64,000 bases of DNA, taken from Vampirovibrio sp. (GTDB taxonomy: Bacteria; Cyanobacteriota; Vampirovibrionia; Vampirovibrionales; Vampirovibrionaceae). The notes under the pieces were generated by a model. The model made no database searches, was not told the origin of the DNA, and was given only the letters and a program-made list of their open reading frames with translations. Below, one piece after another: positions 58,280-64,000 of this stretch. The stretch covers positions 10,648 to 74,647 of the forward strand of contig NZ_JBGSRV010000008.1 in NCBI RefSeq assembly GCF_041737375.1, given 5' to 3'. The position numbers and the translations under genes are program-made. Position 1 is the first letter of the stretch. Each line of letters opens with the position of its first letter.

Positions 58280-60385
58280 TTGTTTAAATTATCTGGTTTT
58301 CAATTATTGATTTTAATTTTATTGACCCCGTTGCTGGGCGTGACTCCCGACCTTGCGGTGCAGGCCGAAGAAACCGGCGTGGTGCTGGCCGAAGTGGCTT
58401 TAGAACCTGCCGATTTTGAGGAGACGGCGGCCCCTGCCCTGTTCAACGAGGAAGAGTCAACCCCACCATCTGCCAGCAGTCCGCCTGCGAGCAACACCGC
58501 CACGGCTCCTTTAATGTTGCAAACCACCAAAATTGGCATCCCTTCCAATCAAACGGGCACTGCCAGCACCGTGATTACCCGGCAACAAATCCAGCAAATG
58601 CAGCCGTTTTCCCTTACCGAAGTATTGCGAAAAGTGCCGGGTGTGGACATTGTGCAAAACGGGTATCTGGGCGGCACGTCCTCCATTTTTATTCGGGGCA
58701 TGAATGCGGGCCATACGCTGGTATTGCTGAATGGAACCCGCCTAAACGATCCCATTTCTCCCGATCGCACGTTCAGTTATCTGGATCAAATCAGCCCGGA
58801 TTCGGTAGAGCGTATTGAGGTGTTGCGAGGCCCCCAAAGTACCTTGTACGGCTCAGATAGCATGGGTGGGGTGGTGAATATTATTACCCGCAAGGCAGAA
58901 CCGGGTAAGCCCACTTTATACGCCAAAGTGACGGCTGGTTCTCAGGGTACCTTGCAAGAGGACATTGGCCTGGGTAGTCAATACCGGGACAAATTAAACT
59001 CTTTTCTACACATTACCCGGCAGGATGTACGGGGTATTTCCGCTGCCAGTAGCCGTTATGGTATGAATTCGTTTGGCACCGCCTACAACAACGCAGAGCG
59101 GGATGGCTACCACAACACTACCATTTCGGCTCGCACGGAATACACGCCCACTCAAAATTTATCGCTGGATGTGGCCACCTTTTTTAGCAAAGCCCGTTTT
59201 GATCTGGATAGCTTTGGCGGCTATATGGGGGATGACCCCAATTTTACCGGCTCCAATCGCACCTTTACCATCAACGGCGGCTCTCGGCTGAAGCTATGGG
59301 GTGATCGTTATGAGCAAATTACCCGGCTTGCTTTCAGCGATACCCGTCGGGAAAACTTTAATGAGCCAGATGCCCTGGATTCCAGCAAAAGCCACGATCG
59401 CTACCGGGGCAAATTATTAAACTTTGATGTGCAAAATAACTTTTATTTGCATCGCACCAATACCCTCACTGCCGGATTGAACGTGCAGCACGAATGGGGC
59501 GATTCTTACTATCGGTCGCTCAGTATGTTTGGTCCTTTTAATTCAGAAGCCCAATTGCGCTCGGCCACCAATACCGCCTTTTATGTGCAGGATCGCATCA
59601 GCTTATGGGATCGCTGGTTTACCACCGTGGGATACCGCATGGATCACCATAACCGTTTTGGAAACCATCATAATTTCCGGGCGGATTCCATTTATACCGT
59701 AAAGCGTACCGGAACCAGCTTTAAAGGCAGTTTTGGCACGGGTTTTAAGGCCCCTACGTTATCCCAGTTGTATGGCACCTTTGGGGCCAACCCCAATTTG
59801 CGCCCGGAAACCAGCACCGGTTGGGATGCGGGCATTGAGCAACCTTTAATGGATAACAAAGTGCAGGTGGGTGCCACGGTGTTTCAAAATCAGGTGCGTA
59901 ACCTGATTGATTTTCGCAGCCAAGGCTTTGCCACTTTTTACACCAACGTGGAGCAGGCCCGCATGCAGGGGATAGAGGCCTACATCGCCAGCCAGCCCTT
60001 TCGGTGTTTACAAATTCGCTCCAGTTATACCTATACGGATACCAAGGATCTGGGACCCAGCACCACTCAGGGCGATCCGTTGCTGCGTCGTCCCAGAAAC
60101 AAAGCCTCGATGAATATTAACTACCAACCCATCAAGCGGCTGAATGTCAATCTGGATATTACCCATACCGGTCAGCGCAGCGATTTGGACTTTTTTACGT
60201 TTCCATCGCAAGAAGTTAAACTGAAGGCGTTTACCTTGGTCAATCTGGCGGTTACATTGGCATTAACTGATCATGTCAGCCTTTACGGTCGTGTGGTTAA
60301 TTTTCTGGATACCCCCTATGAAACGGTTAAAGGTTACGGCAATCCCCGAATTTCCGCTTACGGCGGCTTGAAAATGGCCTTGTAG
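58280..60385 (+). CDS. btuB: TonB-dependent outer-membrane receptor (BtuB-like vitamin B12 transporter).
   Basis: Signal peptide, a plug domain (LTEVLRKVPGVDIVQNGYLGGTSSIFIRG...) and a long beta-barrel. TTG start preceded by GGAAGGA. A cobalamin riboswitch lies upstream. Confidence 0.8.
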   Translation: MFKLSGFQLLILILLTPLLGVTPDLAVQAEETGVVLAEVALEPADFEETAAPALFNEEESTPPSASSPPASNTATAPLMLQTTKIGIPSNQTGTASTVITRQQIQQMQPFSLTEVLRKVPGVDIVQNGYLGGTSSIFIRGMNAGHTLVLLNGTRLNDPISPDRTFSYLDQISPDSVERIEVLRGPQSTLYGSDSMGGVVNIITRKAEPGKPTLYAKVTAGSQGTLQEDIGLGSQYRDKLNSFLHITRQDVRGISAASSRYGMNSFGTAYNNAERDGYHNTTISARTEYTPTQNLSLDVATFFSKARFDLDSFGGYMGDDPNFTGSNRTFTINGGSRLKLWGDRYEQITRLAFSDTRRENFNEPDALDSSKSHDRYRGKLLNFDVQNNFYLHRTNTLTAGLNVQHEWGDSYYRSLSMFGPFNSEAQLRSATNTAFYVQDRISLWDRWFTTVGYRMDHHNRFGNHHNFRADSIYTVKRTGTSFKGSFGTGFKAPTLSQLYGTFGANPNLRPETSTGWDAGIEQPLMDNKVQVGATVFQNQVRNLIDFRSQGFATFYTNVEQARMQGIEAYIASQPFRCLQIRSSYTYTDTKDLGPSTTQGDPLLRRPRNKASMNINYQPIKRLNVNLDITHTGQRSDLDFFTFPSQEVKLKAFTLVNLAVTLALTDHVSLYGRVVNFLDTPYETVKGYGNPRISAYGGLKMAL

Positions 60386-60403
60386 GCTAGACTAGGAATC
60401 TCA

Positions 60404-61420
60404 ATGCATCAAACAGATCATCAGCAGGCAATCTTCACCCGCCAGCCCTGGGCTGGATGGTTTTGCCTGCTGACGCTGTTGGTGCTGTGCCTGATCGGGT
60501 TTTCTGGCTGCGGAAAGTCCGCCCTGAAAAGCGCCCGGTCAGATACGTCGTGTGAGCGGGTGGTTTCATTGTCTCCCAGCATTACCGAGGTTTTATACGC
60601 CCTTGACCTGGGGCCTCAGATAGCGGGCGTGACCCGGTATTGCAAATACCCTCCGGCGGCTGTCCAAAAGCCCAAAGTGGGAGGCTATGTCGACCCGGAT
60701 TCTGAGGCCTTGCTGCGGCTGCGCCCTGATTTGGTGGCGCTTCGGGAAGAGCAAACCCAATTGGTGGGGCAGCTAAAAGGGTTAGGGTTCCGGTTGCTGA
60801 CGGTGGATCATCGCAATACCGCTGGCATTCTGAAGTCTCTGGATCAAGTGGGCCTTGCTTGCCACCGAGTGCCGCAAGCAAGGGCCTTGCGGCAATCTCT
60901 GGAAAGAGACATTGAAGCGGTACGCCGCCGGTTGGCGGCCACTTCAAAGCGGCCTTCTGTATTGGTGGTGATTGATCGGGATGTGCATGCCGCCAAAGTG
61001 CATTGGGCCTTTGTGGCGGGGCAAGATGGTTTTTATGACTGGCTGATTCATAGCGCGGGCGGTAAAAATGCGCTTCCCGCTGGTAAAAAAGGGTTTTTAC
61101 AAATTTCCCCGGAAGGCATTTTACGCATGAACCCGGATGTGATTATTGAAACCACCGCCTCCATTGGCCCCGGCTTCGGCACTCTGTCTCAAGTGTCTCA
61201 GGTCTCTCAGGCAGAAAAAAATAAGGCTGCTGAAGCCCAATGGGCCAGTTTGTCCGAGGTATCAGCGGTAAAAAATCACCGGGTTTATCATTTTAATCAG
61301 GACTATATGGTCATTCCCGGCCCTCGCTTTCCCAAAGTGCTGAGACAATTTGCCCAAGCCATTCATCCTGAACTAGACTGGAATCATGAACCCACCCGCT
61401 CCCCCGTTGCTCAGCCTTAA
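60404..61420 (+). CDS. btuF: Periplasmic substrate-binding protein of an ABC transporter (BtuF/FecB cluster).
   Basis: RVVSLSPSITEVLYALDLGPQIAGVT is the BtuF-like N-lobe motif. Lipoprotein-type signal FSGCG. Confidence 0.7.
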   Translation: MHQTDHQQAIFTRQPWAGWFCLLTLLVLCLIGFSGCGKSALKSARSDTSCERVVSLSPSITEVLYALDLGPQIAGVTRYCKYPPAAVQKPKVGGYVDPDSEALLRLRPDLVALREEQTQLVGQLKGLGFRLLTVDHRNTAGILKSLDQVGLACHRVPQARALRQSLERDIEAVRRRLAATSKRPSVLVVIDRDVHAAKVHWAFVAGQDGFYDWLIHSAGGKNALPAGKKGFLQISPEGILRMNPDVIIETTASIGPGFGTLSQVSQVSQAEKNKAAEAQWASLSEVSAVKNHRVYHFNQDYMVIPGPRFPKVLRQFAQAIHPELDWNHEPTRSPVAQP

Positions 61421-62219
61421 AAATGTAAGCGTTCGTTTTAACCAAACGGATATTTTGCGCTCGGTTTCATTCACCCTGAACCGGGGTGAATTTTTGGCGA
61501 TAGTAGGCCCCAACGGGGCCGGAAAAACCACTTTGATTAAAACCATTTTGGGCCTGAATCCTGATTACTCCGGCACCATGGCGCTAGATGGCAAGCCACT
61601 GGCCAGCTTTAAGCCCAGGGAAAAAGCCCGTTATCTGGCCTATGTGCCTCAAGTTCAGGTTCTGGGTGAATTTCACCGGGTTCGAGACTTTGTGCTGATG
61701 GGCCGGTACCCGTACTTAAGCGCCATTCGCCCCCCTCTGCCTGAAGATGAGGCGGTGGTGGATGAGGCCCTTGAGCGAACCGGCACACAGGAGTTGTCCA
61801 ATCGTCTGGTAGCGTCTCTCAGCGGGGGAGAGCGGCAAAAAGTAATGATTGCCGCCGCTTTGGCCCAGCAACCGGAAGTGTTGATTCTGGATGAACCCGC
61901 CACCTTTCTGGATCCTAAAAATCAGCTGGAAATACAAGGGTTGTTACGCCGTATCAATCGCACTCAGGGGGTTACCATCATTTCCATTACCCATGATATG
62001 AACAGCGCCTTGCATGACGCCACCCGTGTGCTGGGCCTGAAGGCGGGCCAAGTGCAGCTGGATGGCCCGCCCGAGGCGGTGTTGACCCCGCAGCAACTAT
62101 GGGCGTTGTTTGATGCCCCTTTTCTTTCACTGGTGGTGGAGGGAAGCGCCCAGCCTTGGCTGGTGCCGGATGTCAGGTTGCACACCGCCCTCAAACAGGC
62201 GGAGGATGCTGGCCCATGA
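61386..62219 (+). CDS. btuD: ABC transporter ATP-binding protein (BtuD/FecE-like).
   Basis: Walker A GPNGAGKTT, signature LSGGERQKV and Walker B LILDEPATFLD. Confidence 0.85.
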   Translation: MNPPAPPLLSLKNVSVRFNQTDILRSVSFTLNRGEFLAIVGPNGAGKTTLIKTILGLNPDYSGTMALDGKPLASFKPREKARYLAYVPQVQVLGEFHRVRDFVLMGRYPYLSAIRPPLPEDEAVVDEALERTGTQELSNRLVASLSGGERQKVMIAAALAQQPEVLILDEPATFLDPKNQLEIQGLLRRINRTQGVTIISITHDMNSALHDATRVLGLKAGQVQLDGPPEAVLTPQQLWALFDAPFLSLVVEGSAQPWLVPDVRLHTALKQAEDAGP

Positions 62220-63193
62220 CGCCTGCCAAGCCCTGGGTATCTATTGCCTTGCTAAGTGTTTTTGCGGCTTTGGTGCTATTGCTGGCCCCCTGCGTGGGCA
62301 TGCAGTGGATTTGGCCATGGCTGGACCCTTGGGGCTCGCTGGATGCGGGCATTCTCTGGGAAATCAGAGTACCCCGAGTGCTGGCCTCCTTTTTAACCGG
62401 GGCAGGTTTGGCGGTGTGCGGCATGGTGTTTCAGGCGCTGTTCCGCAGCCCTTTGGCCTCTCCGTTTACCTTTGGGGTGGCCAGTGGGGCTTCCTTTGGC
62501 AGTGTGCTGGCGATTATTCTGGGGGAATTTCTGCCGTTTTATGGCGCTTCGGGTTTGTTTGCCCTGTTGGGGGCTGCGTTTACGGTTGTATTGGTGTATC
62601 GACTGGCCACGTGGGGGCGGCATTTTTCCATCAGTACTTTGTTATTGGCGGGGGTGGCCATTAACTACTTTTTTGGCAGCGCGGTTACTTTTATTCAGTA
62701 TTTAAGTGACTTTACCAATGTGTTTCGTATTTTGCATTCCTTAATGGGTGGTTTTGAAGGGGTGGGCATGGATGCCCTGTGGCAACTCATTCCCTTTGTG
62801 ATTCCCGGTATGATTTTGATTGCCTGCTTGCCCTATGAGCTGAACCTGTTGTCTATGGGGGATGACATTGCGGCCAGCCGGGGGGTTCACCTGAACCGCA
62901 CCCGCAAGCTTTTGTTTTTTGGCACTTCCGTTACGGTGGGTGGCATTGTGGCCGTTTGTGGGCCGATTGGCTTTGTGGGCTTGATGGCTCCCCATATTGG
63001 CCGCTTAATGGTGGGTAACGATCATCGTTATTTAATGATTGTTTCGGCCTTACTGGGGGGCAGCCTGTTGACGCTGTGCGACACCCTTTCCCGCACCGTG
63101 ATTGCCCCGGCTGAAATCCCGGTGGGGGTGGTGACTTCCTTGCTGGGCTGTCCGTTTTTTGTGTGGCTACTATTGCGGCAAAAGCGGCCATGA
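62216..63193 (+). CDS. btuC: FecCD-family ABC permease (BtuC-like).
   Basis: Nine or ten TM segments. ATG overlaps the btuD stop (ATGA). The ORF track starts earlier, at 62156. Confidence 0.8.
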   Translation: MTPAKPWVSIALLSVFAALVLLLAPCVGMQWIWPWLDPWGSLDAGILWEIRVPRVLASFLTGAGLAVCGMVFQALFRSPLASPFTFGVASGASFGSVLAIILGEFLPFYGASGLFALLGAAFTVVLVYRLATWGRHFSISTLLLAGVAINYFFGSAVTFIQYLSDFTNVFRILHSLMGGFEGVGMDALWQLIPFVIPGMILIACLPYELNLLSMGDDIAASRGVHLNRTRKLLFFGTSVTVGGIVAVCGPIGFVGLMAPHIGRLMVGNDHRYLMIVSALLGGSLLTLCDTLSRTVIAPAEIPVGVVTSLLGCPFFVWLLLRQKRP

Positions 63194-63463
63194 TTTCGAG
63201 ATCGTCGGTTTGCGAGCTGCTGGAACCAGAATAGGGAGAATCATTTTCCCGCTTCAGCCTCCCGCTTCAGCCTCCCGCTTCAGCTTTCAGGCCTGATGCT
63301 ACCTGGTGAATGAGCCGAGGTGTTTACTTTCTACTTTTGTTGTAGTAGTTTTGCATGCTAATGTCTGACGCCTTAAATTTTAAAGCTATAAAAAACAACT
63401 TTTAAATCCCGGTTTCGTATTTTGGTATTAGTCCGTGTATCAATTAGCGCAAGGTTTTTTTGA

Positions 63464-64000
63464 ATGCCCACCCTTTTTCCTGCCCGTCAATCCTCTGTGT
63501 CCCATTCCGCAGTCAATCCCGCCAAAAGGGTCACGCGCTTCACGAACACCGCTAATGCAGGGTTCCCTTTGGACCGGTTTAATCTATCGGAAGACAAACT
63601 CCATTTTAGCGGGAGTGATTCTAAACGACGCTTAGAGGAGCCCCTAGACACCCATTCAGGGCAAGCGAATCAGGATTCATTAACTCTGCCGGGTTTGTCG
63701 CCAATGCTTCTCCCGATGGAGGCACTCGATTTTATGGATGGTTTGTTGCCCGATAATTTTTTGTTGCCGGACGACTTCTACTCATCCCAGGGCGCTCTGG
63801 CAGAGGAAGCCGAAATGGGTTTATTGGATTTTGATACGAGTACGCCCGACTTTTCCTACGATTTGTTAAAAGCCGAAAATCCTGCTTTAGCCAAAGAATT
63901 AGACACCGTACGCAACTTTACCAAAAAGTGCATAATCGCTGATTTATATATGTTGTCAGCCCCTCATAAGCGGGAGTCCTGGGATGCCATGAAACAGGAG
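63464..64000 (+). CDS. Hypothetical acidic protein, N-terminal part only; the frame is still open at the window end.
   Basis: ATG at 63464 and no stop through position 64000. The ORF track omits it because it has no stop. Confidence 0.4.
   Translation, partial: MPTLFPARQSSVSHSAVNPAKRVTRFTNTANAGFPLDRFNLSEDKLHFSGSDSKRRLEEPLDTHSGQANQDSLTLPGLSPMLLPMEALDFMDGLLPDNFLLPDDFYSSQGALAEEAEMGLLDFDTSTPDFSYDLLKAENPALAKELDTVRNFTKKCIIADLYMLSAPHKRESWDAMKQE

Overview
This 64-kb window reads as a Gram-negative bacterial chromosome, about 53% GC and gene-dense on both strands. Everything below rests on motifs I recognised by eye, because no homology search could be run.

Housekeeping content: carA and carB, unusually arranged divergently; an ilvB-ilvN-ilvC cluster preceded by a Leu/Ile/Val-rich leader peptide and an intrinsic terminator that together look like an attenuator; ilvD; hemB; rsmD; rdgB; a thioredoxin-like protein paired with CcdA; an electron-transfer flavoprotein pair with a fused ETF-quinone oxidoreductase/ferredoxin (FixABCX-like); a LemA-TPM pair; a Kef-type antiporter; and kynA. 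A cobalamin riboswitch precedes a BtuB-like TonB receptor and a BtuF/D/C-like ABC transporter.

The less ordinary regions are these. First, a diverged inverted duplication of a double zinc-ribbon gene with a glycine/RGG-rich linker, bracketing a delta-9 fatty-acid desaturase and sharing a bidirectional terminator. Second, an orphan Dam-family methylase sitting between a cluster of five GATC sites plus a tandem hairpin-repeat array on one side and, on the other, a two-gene operon encoding a 640-aa and a 247-aa low-complexity protein with FGKG repeats and no recognisable domain. Third, a 400-aa protein with internal repeats lying convergent to a leaderless peptidoglycan-binding GH19 lysozyme. 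Fourth, two small secreted proteins, one with a glycine zipper and one rich in Arg/Asn/Trp. Fifth, a GT2 glycosyltransferase broken by a frameshift.

I found no tRNA, rRNA, CRISPR array or obvious transposase.
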